A stretch of 64,000 bases of DNA, taken from the NCBI GenBank assembly GCA_030141605.1, contig JAQGDQ010000124.1, forward strand, positions 372,001-436,000, written 5' to 3'. The stretch is from Tubiluchus corallicola (Eukaryota; Animalia; Priapulida). The translations under genes were made by a program, and so were the position numbers. Below the pieces are notes generated by a model. That model did no database searches. It was not told the origin of the DNA and was given only the letters and a program-made list of their open reading frames with translations. This document shows, piece by piece, positions 29,901 to 44,065 of the stretch (position 1 is its first letter; every line of letters starts with the position of its first letter).

Positions 29901-32900
29901 TTGCAATGAGGGTGAAGGAACTACATCAAAATAAAATCAATACTTCACCAATAAGTACACTTAGAATCAATCACAAACCTGTAAGATTGGAAATCGTCGT
30001 TTCTGTAAAGTTAAGCAGTTTTGGGCTGATAACTTTCAAAGATTTATATGTTCTAATTACTGATTATTTTCAAAAATTAATTGAACAAATCAATTTAATT
30101 TATGATATTATATTATATTCCACAGCATGCAACAAAAATTATAACAAGTTAGATCTAATATGTAAAAAGCAATGTACAATAAAAATTTGGCTAAAGTTTA
30201 CTATTTCACGATTAATGATTTAACCTAAATAAATGTGAAAATGTAACTACAATAATAATCCCTAAATTTGATTCAAGTGAACCCATTAAGCTTACAATGC
30301 ATTGTTACATGTAAAAGTCAAAAGCAAATCTAGGTTAGCAAGAAAAGTTGAATGTAACATCTGGAAGAATACAGTTAACAGCATTTTGAAGTGTAGAGGA
30401 TTTACTTTCAACAAACGTTGCAAGATAAAAGCATGTGCTTTTGTTCTGAACGCAAAATTCCATGAACGTTTGTTTACTTTAGCCTATACTAAAGAGATTA
30501 GCAAATTGCGATTACAATCTCGGCATCTATGTAAACAACGTATCATGTTGCACTGCATGATGATATTCAGAAATGATGAGTAGCAGGGCATTCTTTATTG
30601 ACAGGTGCCATACAACAAGGAACAGCTGATGTGTGCTACGAAGCCTTCTATGTGTTTACTAAACATCAAGCTGTTGCACAACATTAAACATCTTGTAACA
30701 AATGCATTGATAAACTGGAACATTCATTTATGCAAGGAATGCAAATAACAGATTTCCGTTGCTGTCAACATGTAGTAAGTCAACACTTCATTTTGCTATT
30801 ACTACATACACAAGGAGCAAAGAATTGCACCAGTAATTGAGCCTAATGAAATCATCAATATATCTTCACTGCAGCTTCATCGTCGTGATCTGAAAACAAA
30901 CAAGCGAAAGCACAAAAATGGATATTTACTGCTGCTGGCATTCCAATCCGGCATCTGCTGACTCATCCAGGGCAAGTGCACGTTCGGTGGTACCTTGTCT
31001 GCGAGTTCTGGGAAGCCTTTGTTCGTTCCAGCGATCACGCGTACATCATATACCTTTTTTGGTTGTAGATCTGCAAAGAATTAATGATTATCAACCACTC
31101 CAATTATAGTATTTTTGTAATAGTTACACGAGCTTAACTTATTCACAAAATGTGTGTCCCACATTTGCACGTCATTTCTGGCAGGTAAGATAATAATAAA
31201 ACTAAAATTTTATTGTCCCAACTTCTTGTCTCTCAGATCAGGCAAAGGAAGCAAGTTTAAACACTTTGTTGCCAATGTATAACTGCATGATGTAAAACAA
31301 TTGCGCTTTTATTCAAGAAATAATTTAAATACTTCACGCATTGGAAACTGTGAAGCACCTAACATTATTGCAAGGTATTTAACCCCCCACCCCATGCGTA
31401 GGTGAATTTGTGCAAAATGTTTTCATAGACACTAGATAACACGAACAATCGGCTATTATACTTCTGTTCATCCTCAGTGCAGAGTTTGTAAGTCTACGAA
31501 TGAACATCTACAAAATGGTAATATTTTTGTTGAATGCGATTAAGATGCTAGCCCAATATAAAAAATGGCCTAACTTTGTAAAAAGTTGAAATTATCATTT
31601 AAAAGGAAATTTATTTTTCTTTCGAAAAATGCATACTTTTCCAATGTAATATTAAGTGAGGACATTACTGGCAGTTTCATACAAGACTATCAATGCTGCT
31701 CAAACATCCATAGTAACAAAACCGGTCAAGATATTGTCCATAGCTCACCTTAGTATAAAAATAAAAGTGATGACCTGAGTAGAAATTGCAAATTACTCAA
31801 GTAGTGAGATTGCTTTTGTTTCTGATGGACTAGACCAGTGTCTCAGCTCAACAAGCAAGAACATACATAGATACTCTTGCAATCAATCTCACTAACATAA
31901 AGAGAAAGTCTGATGCTTCACCTGTTACAGACACACATTCACACAAACACTGCCCTATTTCTCTAGTTCTCGTATATATAAATATCACTCATACCCTTTA
32001 AGACATATCGCGTAACATCCCCATTATATATGAGAAGCGGATTGATAGTTGCACCGCCATGTTCGCGGTATTCTACTTTATACTGAACTATCTGCCCACG
32101 AGCAAGCTCGGGCTCCAATTTCTCCCAGCTAATTTCAAGTGTCGTCGGATCTATCGTTGCCAAGGTAACGCTGGGCCCAGCTTTTGGAACTAACAAAAAA
32201 GTAAATAAGCAAGAATAGTAAAAAATTAACAAATTGTGAAGAAAAATAATAGTTTTTGATTTACACATAATGAAATTTTCGTGATAACTCCTTCTTGAAA
32301 TGCAAAATATTGAATCTCACTAATTAACAGCTTATATCACAGAGAACTAATTCCAGCAGGAAGTTGTGCAGTATTTTGGAACTGTAGGTTTCTTAATTTT
32401 AAAAGTGGCTGTACAACTTTTAATAAAATAACAAACTTTTGCATTCTCAAGTATGTGAAATAAATGATAAAACAGTACCAAGAAAAAGATAACATGATAA
32501 CATAAGCAGTATGAATTTTTGATTGACATTTTTCTAATTTAGAAGAACAGTTTCCTTGTCTTCAATACAGCATTTGTTTGTTTGTGATTTAGTTCAATAA
32601 ACATGTAAATAATTAATTAATCTGTCACGTGTGAAAATTTAGAAATACATGTGCTAAGCAGTTTATGACAAAAAACTAATTTTAATGGTTGTTACGTTTT
32701 TAAGCCAAAGAATATTAACAGGTTAAAACATGAATTCCCGGAAACAGAGCAAGTATAAAATATGGAAGGTGCCGGTGTGAAAATGACAACCTGGATGAAA
32801 CCAATCACGTACAGCCCACCTGAGAACAAATGTGAAAAACTGCAATCAGGTAACTAGCTTTTACTATATTCAGGTGCCAATAACTTAACTGTAACATACC

Positions 32901-35900
32901 TATTTACATTTCATATGTAGTAATAGGCTACTCGGCATATTAGCAATCGACACGCCATGTTTTATAACTTATTGATATTATATTTTTTGGTTACGAAACT
33001 TTAAAACTATGCTTGCTTCACAATTCATGCATTTTTTCCAACATTGAAATGGTGTGATTTGCAAGGAAACAAAGTGAAAACATGCTTCTCAGTTAGAATT
33101 TAAACCTGGGACATTCTGCTTGCAACTGCTTCATACTGCTTGTGCACCACACAAGACAAAAATCAAGACAGAAATAAAAAACAAACATGCGGCTCAATCG
33201 ACTAGTTTCTTACCATCTTCATCTGTGACTGCAGTGACAAAGGCACTATGATCAGACGCCTGGCGCTCATTGTAAGCAACGGCGTAGAAAGTGTAGTTTG
33301 TAAATGGCTGCAGATCCTTTGCTTGAAGAGTAGTAGAATCGCTTACGACTTGACCTTCCTCTCCACCTATTTAGCAATAAATAAAATAAGAAAGTAGAAA
33401 CAATATGAAATTATTTAAAATATTGTCAGCTTACAAAATGACAACGACGTGTTATCGTCTTGCAGCATATGTATGTTGTATTGGCTATATTAATCCTCTA
33501 CTAATAGGTCAGATCAATGTAAGTGTAGTTTCAACTAATTGGCGAGCATAGAGCAGATGCCCCCTTGCAGCTGGTCAGTTTCTCACAGTAATGACCATGT
33601 ACCTCATACAATTCATTTAATTTCCCCTTTTCATCAGAGTGTCAATGTTGTATACTAAACTAAGTCACATCTACCAAAAATATAACAACCACACTTATAA
33701 ATCAGAAGCAAGTAACTACTTATTTTTCTATCTGTTCATAATTTGCTTAATAGCACCCAGGGTGAACAAGGTAATTATATGTGAATTTCCAAAGTTGGAC
33801 CACTTCTGTTGCTGCATTACAGGGCAGTACTGGATTGCAGTCACGTGACAACCAGTACTGGATTGCACGTCACAAGGAACACAGATTCGCAAACATGTCA
33901 TAATTAATAAACTTTTCAATTTAGTACCAATAACTTAATTGCCCAATTCGTAGCTAACATAATACACATCATGTAGACATCACCAATTCAGTCTATGCTG
34001 CCACTAATCCAGTTTAAGTAGAAAATGATTTATGTATAAAACTAATACAACAACAACAAAAGAAGCCATAAACGTAAATGTGCATATGTAAATGTGGTAA
34101 CATATTTTTCTAAGGTTAGGTAAGTCTTAGTTTAGAGACCACACATGGTTTCCATAAAAACATGTTGAGTAAAACAAAAAGAAGCTGTGCCTTTTACAAG
34201 AAATAATTTAAGTATAAACACTAACAGATTTCAACGCTTCAAAAATCGATACGGTCAGCTCATTCAAATAAAAGAGTATTAATTACTCATTAAAGACAAA
34301 AACAAAACCACTTTATAAGACAGTCTTTTGTGAACAAAAGCTCAAAATAAAAATAATGGTGTACTTGCTCGGCTGAGTTATTGGTGAAGTTATTTTTTGC
34401 ATTTTTGTGGGTAAATCTGGCGCAGAGAAACTAAGGGGATTGCTGATGTCTACTGCTGATGTCGAGCATTTAAAATCATTTATTTTGTTTGTAATTTACA
34501 GATTTTCTGTTTATGTTAGCAATAACAGATATTTATGATGCTGTCGTTCTGAAAAATCATGAAAGAATAAATTCAAATCTAGTAGCTCAGGAAAGATACT
34601 ACAGTATCCTAAACCTATATATATATATATAACACAGCAGTGTATATATAATGTATATATGTAACACAGCAGTGTATGCACTTCCACAATGTTATAGCAC
34701 AACAATAAATAATAACATTTACAGGTGTATGTCAGCATCTGACAGGATAGTGCAAATCAGTGCAGCACATAGTCAAAGGGAACGTCTTAAAAAGTGGCAA
34801 CACAACAAAGAAATTTTTAATGCCAAAAAGTCATTTCAAGTCAGTAAAAAGGTGCACTTTAAAATGAATCATGCAAAGCCATTAAGTTAAACAGAGTGCT
34901 TAAGCAAAGATTCACTGTATTTACCTTCTGTTGGTGCATAATGTAGAGAGTAAGCAATAATTGCCAAATCATTCTTTACTGGGCTGGGATCAAACGAGAT
35001 GTTGATAGCTGTACTAGATACAGTTTCAGCTCGTAATCTTGATGGAGGATCGGGTTGATTTGGAGAAACAAGAACGTGTCCTAGAGCAGTAGCAGTTATC
35101 CGCCCTAACTGATTCTCTGCAACACACTGATAGATCCCACTGTCAGAGTTCACTGATTGGGTAACGATCAAATCGTTGTTATGTCCTACTCGAATACGCC
35201 CACGGATTTTAACCGCTTTCGCATTTCGCAGCCAACTGATTGTAGGTTTTGGGACGCCATCAGCTTCACAGTGAAATCTAAGCGTCTTTGCCGTCTTGAC
35301 CGCAGAGTTTTTCGGTTTTTCCAAAAATGTCGGTGCAACTGAAAAAAAGCAGTAAAACATTTTGATATTGCAATGTGGTTATCAAAACACATTAAACCTT
35401 AACAGCATTTGCATCACGGCCATAAAAAAACTTTCGTAAAATTGCAATTTGTAGGAATAAAGCGAAATAAACCCGGAAAATGCGAGTCATAAAAAATGTA
35501 TGAATTTGTGAATGCAATTATTGTTCTTAGTGTTTGCGATATTATGCATATCTTGACAAAGATCTCTCGGAATACATAACTTAATAAACGCTGACAGTGT
35601 AAAATGATTACAACTTGCCATTAAAGCTTAAACTTATGAAAAGCAGAAAATACACAAGGGTGTTATCAGCAACTGACGCAGAACAATCACCACATAAATG
35701 TAGGAAAAGTTTAGATGATATTTTTTACTAAAAAAGGAAAGATATTATTTACAAATGCTTCAAAAATTTCTAACATCGACTGCTTCTAATGAAAGGAACA
35801 AGAAATTAGCACAACTCTATGACATCCATACAAAATATCTGGCTCATGCTTTCTATTGTTTAGGCCTACTCACCAAGAATATTGAGCTTAGTCCTCGCTA

Positions 35901-38900
35901 CATCTGTCTTTTCCTCTCCTTCAGGACCACTATATGCGGTGCAGACGTACGTGCCTGCATCATCTCTAAGTGCATCAATTATGCGTAAATTCCCATTGCC
36001 AAAGTACTCCCCACGAACTGCAGACTCATTATCATCATCATCGCGCTGCATGGCTGTTCGCGTTGGAGCTACAACTGAAATGAAAAATAATTAATAACGA
36101 ACTTAAAATGTTACGCGATATTTAACTATTGAGCTTTAGCTGTCTGCAAGAGAAGTTAGGCAGCGCGTCCAAGAAAAGTGCCGAATAACAAATGTAACTC
36201 TATTCAATATCTGTCGGGCTGGTGCAAGTTCAAAGGCTTTACAAATAATAAAATTCTGCTTCCTTCATGATATGACTTTAAAGTCATGAAGAATTTTAGA
36301 AACAGACTGAAGTACCAAGCAGGTTACAGTCTTGGGCCATAAAATATAGTGAAATTCCTTAATTTCTTGACCAAGGTAAACAGCATATGAAGGAGATCAT
36401 GTTCCACAAACCAGTAATCAAATGTTTGACTATTGATAAGAGTAATGTGTATACTGACAAATTTAAGATATCTGGTTAAACATTTCATTAATAAATATTT
36501 CCTAATACAGTTGATAAATAGGTTATATATGTGAATAAGTGAATACCTGATAATATCGCAAACCAAACCGATGCTGAAGAGAGACCACAACATTTTTCAG
36601 AAAATAATGATACAATTTTATATATGTCAACATAAACTTTGTGGCTTACAATTTTCTAAAGCATTCAGGTTCAAAAGAAAACGTAAAAAATCGTATGTAA
36701 CAATGGTAGTTACATAATTATGATGTAAAAGGTAATGCTTTGTAATGTACTTGTGGAAAGCTACACACTGCTTTATTTTATTATTACTTTTTATTTTAAC
36801 ATTTTCTTCATTTCTGGTGCTTAATGATAGCCGTGTAATAATGCATTTGTTTAATATGGACCGTAAAGATCAGTTACCCCACTTGTATATGTAACGTACA
36901 CGTAACTACTATTATGGTCAATAAACTAACTAACTAGCTAGCTAGCTAACTAAATTTACTAACTAACTCACTCACTCACTCACGCACTCACTCACTCACT
37001 CACTCACTCACTCACTCACTCACTCACTCACTCACTAACCAACCAACCAACCAACCAACCAACCAACCAACCAACCAACCAACTAACTTAGTTGGTTTTA
37101 GCGAAAATGAGTTAATTAAGTTATGCTTACTTGTGTATCACAAAATTGCATTTACAGTTTGTTAAGACTAAGAAGGAGAGAGTGCATTAAAAGAGGTGTA
37201 TTTCAAATTCGTGTGTCGATCAAAATGATCAGAAACACCTCTAAAAATTATAAAATATATTCAGTATCACCTACTTTCACGTGTCCACACAACAGTGGGC
37301 ACAGGCCAGCCTTTGGCGAGACATTCTAACTCTACGGTGTCGTGTTCAAGCCGTGTCACATTCGCGGACGCTGCTACAATTTTTGGAGGTAACGATTTTT
37401 GTAACCCTGAAAAAATAGTCCAAAATTAGAAAGAACAGAAACCGGCAACTCACTGATCTTAATGGGGAAGAAAAGGCAATTTTAAATAATCCAACTAAAA
37501 AGACACATGTAAACAAGTCATAGAAAAAGGAAACAGCCCTAACTCTATTCCTACTAACCCTAGCCAAAATTAATCGCAACATTTTTCATGTCACCTTTTT
37601 CTACCCAAAATTGCAAATTTTTCCGTGAGTTTTTCTGACTTTACTACTCGTCCACACAAAGTTATATTATTTAGCATTACACTAACCTGCTTGAAAGATT
37701 TATGTAATTAAAAAAGAAAATTTAAAATATTCACGGCAACTGGCAAAATGTCACTGAAGTCACCATTCCAGGGTGCACTACTTCCTCAACAAAAACGATA
37801 TTTTAATCTTATTGACAAGACACAGTAACTTACACTTTTGCTTAGTTAGTAAAGTGTATGCTACGATTATGCTCTGATTATTTGTTAAAACTTTACATAA
37901 TGTTATCTAAATTTGTTTCAAGTGAGCGAGTTACTATTAAAATGGCTGTGCTTAGCTGTCTAACTTTTCAAGTTTTATACAACAATGCTGCTAACACAAG
38001 CCCTGTGCACAATAAGACACTATGTAGGTGATACAAAACTTCAAGAGGAAGGTTTTTAGTTTTACATATGTAAACAGTTTTTCTGTGCTTTAACTAGTAT
38101 CACTAGCTCAGTAGTGGTCACAGTTCAGCATATAAGCAGTTTACAAAAAAATGACAGCTCCAGTCAGACACTGGTAGTTGAATGGGGGAAATTCTGTGGT
38201 TTGTTTATACAGTTCACACTCTCCAAGGCAGCCTCCCTAACTTGGGGTGTGTGAGAGGACTAGAACCTAGCTCTCTAAGATAAGACAATGAAATGGCAGA
38301 GGTGTCTCAGTATTGTTTAGTAAAGCACGTAACAGTAATTAAGGCCTATAATTGAGCTGGCAACTAACTATACTGTATCTGCATCAACATGAAAGTGCCA
38401 AAGTTTTGCACAGAGCAAAGTGTGCTAAAACGGAAGCTTCCTACTTGTTATAACGTACATGTATGAATCACAAAATAGAATGAACAAAAAGAAATTCTCA
38501 CACGACAGCTGTCATGGTCACAATAATGTTTACAATGTCCAAACGTAAAAGTTTCAATGAAAAGTGCTACAATTCACCTGGAATAACAGCAAGTGAGGCC
38601 TCTGCACTTCTACGCTGATTTGCAAGGTTTGTGGCAAGACAAGTATATACACCTGCATCAAATGTTTTGACGTCAGTAATTTGTAATACTCCGGAGGTCA
38701 GTACGGTAAACCTGAAATGTTTTCCATACAATCAGCTGACTATGTCGCAAAAACAGACAGCAAAATAGCCGTAAGACAGTATATCTTCACTAAGCACATC
38801 AACAAGCTAAATTATAGAACAAGGATCCTCCCCAGGGACGTGCATCGGTTGCTACCCCCCCCCCCCTCCAAATAGCCCATGAGGTGAAAATCAAAATTCA

Positions 38901-41900
38901 GGCACCTATCTGTGGTACTCATGTGAAGCAATAAGCATCAAAAGCTACATTCAATTTCATTAAAAAAATGACCGAGAAGTAGTACTTTTTCGTGGCCACC
39001 CGGGGAACTTACACCCAAAGTACCTGGCAGAGGGATAGGCTAGAAAAACTTTCAATTACTGTATCGGTAGTCCTCCAGTGTGCATGCTTACCCGATCTGA
39101 CTGATAGAGTAGCTCAGTAGCTCATTGTGAAACCCTAAGTAGCAGTTTTTATGAAAAGAAGTACAATAACATCACAAAGTAACAAATATCAAAAACAAGC
39201 AAGAACATCTTTTAAAAGATCCTTGCATTACCGAAAAAAAAGATTAGCATTACGTATCTCAATTATTCAGTTCAAAAAAATTAAATTTCATTCACAAACC
39301 GTTTGTTTTGTTGAGGTAGTTGTGCCCCATCCTTTTCCCAGGTTATGTTTGGGGCCGGAAATGCGTTGATTTGGCACTCAAACCTGGCCACACCACCTTC
39401 CCCTACTGTCACAGACTCGGGGTCCTTTACGAACCGACCCATGCCTGAAAAAATGGACAGGAAGAGATAAAGGCTTAAAGTGATCAAAACTAACGTTACA
39501 AATTTGGTAACCTGCGCACGTGTACACTGCGCGTAGCAAAATCAGTAACCAAGGAGGTAAGTTTGCTTATCTCATCAACACTGTTTATCCAGGTACTGCG
39601 TAAGGAGTAAATAAACCGGATGTACAAAAAAAAAACATGTGCTCAACAACTAATCTAACCTGATAATAAAATACATATAACACAGTTGATAGCAAAAGCG
39701 CAACTGTCAGGTAGTTATTACATCCCTTTCTTAACTATCAAAAGGTATATTTACAATTTAATGTTCTTATCAAGAACGGTGGATTACTAATTAAAACTTA
39801 TAATGTCATGTTTCAAAATACAACAAGCAGCCAATGTTAATAAATTTACTACTGGAATTAGTTGGGAGATTTCTATTTATCTATTTATGTAAAGACTTGT
39901 TTAGCACAGAAGTTAATACCAAAGATCATTTTTTGTAAATGTACTGTCATGTTTTGCTCGACGAGTTTGGGCGTATATTAAATCGAAATTCTGCAAATTT
40001 CATATGATAACTTCTGTACACCTTCACATTTCATAAAAAAATTGAAAAGATGAAAAGAATGCGCAGTGAACATTTAGCATCAATACTTCGCTATTGCACA
40101 TACCACGTATCGTTCCACTAGTACTGTATTTCTTTTACAAAACTAGGTTACCAAGCAACGCTCAAGGAATGAGTTGCTCGAACAAAAACTCAGTCGACAA
40201 CAGTACGACAGTCATGTAAGTATTGTACAGCAGTCTGCGGCGAGGAGGGCTTACGCAAACGCCCACACTTTTTTCTAAACATTTTTTTCCCGTGAACTCT
40301 GAAAGACACTTGGCACCGTGCCAGTAACGAGTTGATGGCAAATCAATAAGATTGAGGGTGAACAACCAACGCTGCGCTCAACCTTCGCAGAAGCCATAGC
40401 TGTAGAACACGGGGCAATGCGAACCACATAATAAATGATTTGCTCACCATTCTCCACAAAAGACACAAAAACTATAGTAATTGGCTCACTTTCATCAGCC
40501 AAACTACGCCACTGAATTTAATCAAACGTAACTTGTAGACAAGTTAACAAGCAAATAATGGCAATTTGTATGTAAGTGTGTCATAAATGGCGAGCGACGC
40601 CTTAGTACAGGGTTAAAAGAGAAAAAAATGTGATAAAACGGTTACTATCTTAAAATCTTATTATTGTACCTATGTAGCAGTTTTTATTCTATGTGTGTGT
40701 TAATATCATGCGTTTCCCTTTTAATAAAGTGTATCTTATCTTATCTTATCTTTTATATAAAATCTATTATATAATTGAAGTACAAAGACAATTTCTGGCA
40801 AATGACGAGTTTAAATTAGTTAGTCATCACTTATTTATTATTTATTTTATTTATGCATTTTTATCTTGTTTATAAAAAGGTCCTTTGCCCTACATTACAA
40901 AGTTGAGACAATTAAATATGCAATAAAGACAGAAGATATAGATGTAAGAACTTATCACCAGAAATAAGAAAAACCCTTGGAGAGGCTTTAATATAGGTTC
41001 TTATCCCATTAACAATTCTTTTGTTTTTCATCGAATCAATGTATGTATGTAGTATATTCAATCTGCCATAACAAAATATCGTTTAACCCAAATATAACGA
41101 TTGATTAAATACACAAACAAATGATAAAATACAATTAAAAAATCATGGACAAGCTGACAGTAAGAAACACATCAATCTAAGAAAACCAGGAATAAGACAA
41201 CAACTGTGTCAGTTAACAAAAAATGTGAAACGCGACGACTTCTTCTCATGAGAATTAATTAAACGTTTCAATGAGTTGTTTGTGCGAGGCTGATTACGCG
41301 AAGAATCGACAACACAACACTCAGTCGAATTCTCTCGGAAAAACAAAATGAAACGAAAGACGAGACGCCGCGTTCGCAACGCTCCGCGTAAACAAGCTGA
41401 TAAATAAACATGCGTTGTTTACTTTAGCTAAACATAATATCCTCGCATCACAAAGTCCAGTACAAAGCGACCAACGTTCAAAGTTTTAACATTTTGCATC
41501 GGAGACCGAAGAATTTAACGTTTACAGTGAGCTAGATATCGCGGAGTTTTTTGACAAACAACTTCACAAATTTAGCATAGACAAATGACATAATGATAAG
41601 ACAAGTTGTAATGCACGGGGAATTTTAATGTCTATATTCTCTCACTCTTTTTATGCATTTCTTAGGTCTTACAATAAATTACAATATTAGTTTTAAACCG
41701 GTTACATCACCGTAAAAAGATAAGCACGAGGTCATCGATTTCAGTACCTGCACTTTCACAGTTCAACATTTGCTATTTATAGTAGTTATTAGTTTAAACT
41801 AGTTTTAAGTAAACTCACACTTGAAGTGTGTACTTGGAAGAACTATAGTCTGAGGGACTCCTCTGTATCTCCATGCATAACAGGACGGAAAGCAATTTCA

Positions 41901-44034
41901 TGAGCGGGATTTGAGCAAGTACAGGGACTTAGACAGGTTAATTATTAGACTGCTAGTTCGGTAATTTCACTGGCAATTAAGTGCATAAATAAAAAATGAT
42001 CAAAACATTAGTGAAGAAATACATTATCACCTATCATTACATGTTATGCACGAAGATTGATCTAGAAGCAAAAGACCAGCCTGTATATGACTGCAATATT
42101 AAACATTACAATGAAAACACAACAAAAATTTCCAATGCTCAAACACCAGACTATCCACTAGTGCTCCCATTAAACCGACCAACAAAATAAAAATCAATAA
42201 GACACTTTCCATTAAAAAACACGAGAAGTCGACTGTTAAAAGGACCTTATGATTGTTAATCTACAAAATCTAGTACAATTTATGTAAATTTCATTTAAAA
42301 GTGGCCGCATGATTGACCCTTGTGATACGCTGCACACCTGAAGGTCAACCAAGAATTCCAATACGCATTACATTACACGCAGCAATTACTACACGGTTCT
42401 AAGACACCTAGAAAAGCACCTTTGAGCGAAATAAACACCTTTGCGCTTCAGGTGTTTGAAGGTTAAACCGCCTTTCCTAGCATTTGTCAAATTAATTGCA
42501 GATGAAGCCATGAATTTCCTCACACACGTTGCGATTTTGTTCAACAGTTTTCACCAACAAGAAACCCAGCTGAGCTGAATGGTAAATAGAGAGAAGTCGC
42601 GCTCTAGACGACCTTCTGCGACCTTCATTGTCGCTTAATCCCGAGAGCCAGAATTCACTATGAGTTCGAGGCAAACACTGAAGAGAAACAAGAAACGATA
42701 GTCACAGTTGACTTCTAAAATGACACCACTTAAATTAATGAAATCTTTTAAGCAAGGTCAACTTGAAGCAATGAAATTAAAGTAAGACGACACAAGAAAT
42801 GGTCGAAGCAGAATGGCCATATTAGGAAAAATTTACGACAAAAATGGCAAACATCTCTGACCATCACGAGCTTCTCCTCTAATACGTATTTCGTCAGGTT
42901 TTTTTTCTCAACTATCTTAACCTGACGGAGTGAAAACATTTGAAAAATTTATGTTTATTTCTTCGATTAAAGACTTCAGCCTTATTTATACGATGCAGTA
43001 GAGTTACACTTTAAGTATCTTTTATACAAGACCTTTAAGTATCTGGGCTCAATGATAGATGAGATACAGGAATGGAAAAGGAGGTGAATTTCAGGATTCA
43101 GTGTGGTTGGAATAACTGGCGAAAACTTTCGGGTGTGATATGCGATAAGAGGATTCCAGCGAGACTTAAAGGTAAAGTTCACAAAGGAGTGGTCAGACCC
43201 GCCCTAATATATGGGCTGGAAGCAGCACCTCTAAAGAAGACCGAAGAGAAGAAAATGGATGTGGCGGAGATGAGGATGTTGAGATGGATGGTGGGAGTAA
43301 CAAGAAGGGATAAAATCAGGAATAGTAATATTAGAGGAACAGTGAAAGTAGTGGAAGCCTCGAAAAAGATACAAGAGGCAAGATTGCGATGGTATGGGCA
43401 CCTGAGAAGGAGAGTCGGGGAAGATCACGTGGGAAGGGAGGCCATGGAAATGGAAGTGCTGGGAAACAGAAAAAGAGGACGACCCAAGCTGAGATGGTTT
43501 GAATGCATAAACGGAGACCTTAGAGAGAAGAACATAAATGAAGAGATGGTCAACAACAGGAATGCATGGAGAAAACTTATTCACAACGGCGACCCTGCAT
43601 AGGAAAAAGCTGAGAAGAAGAGTAGAGTTACACTGCGGATTGAAATATATGTATATCTGACAAAATTTCCGTTGTCCATTTGGCACCCCACCCTAAGTGC
43701 TCCCCCAATACTGTGTCAAGCCAGTTCAATTTGGTCATCTACATACTATTATGGAACCTTCGCTGCGGTTAGAACAGTACGCATCTTGAAAAATATGAAA
43801 AGCAATAATTAAAACCAAGGGCACTGTACAAAGTCATTGTACAAAACACTTTCCAGACTGAGCGCGCATGCGTGAGGGAGAGGTGGGAGAGAGAGAGAGA
43901 GACAGAGAGAGAGAGGGAGAGAGGGAGAGCGGGAGAGAGGGAGAGAGGGAGAGAGGGAGAGAGGGAGGGAGAGGGAGAGGGAGGGGGAGAGGGAGAGGGA
44001 GAGGGAGAGGGAGAGGGAGAGGGAGAGGGAGAGG

Positions 44035-44065
<31 letters not shown>

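Noticed and set aside
30850-30891. Strong minus-strand acceptor (gtttgttttcag) near the FN3-2 exon
   Set aside because: It would need a 40-nt intron and has no phase-compatible donor before a stop.
42492-42690. Strong minus-strand acceptor and 60-aa ORF between Ig1 and Ig2
   Set aside because: A stop codon comes within a few codons in the required phase, and Ig1 is already complete with exon 45465-45577.
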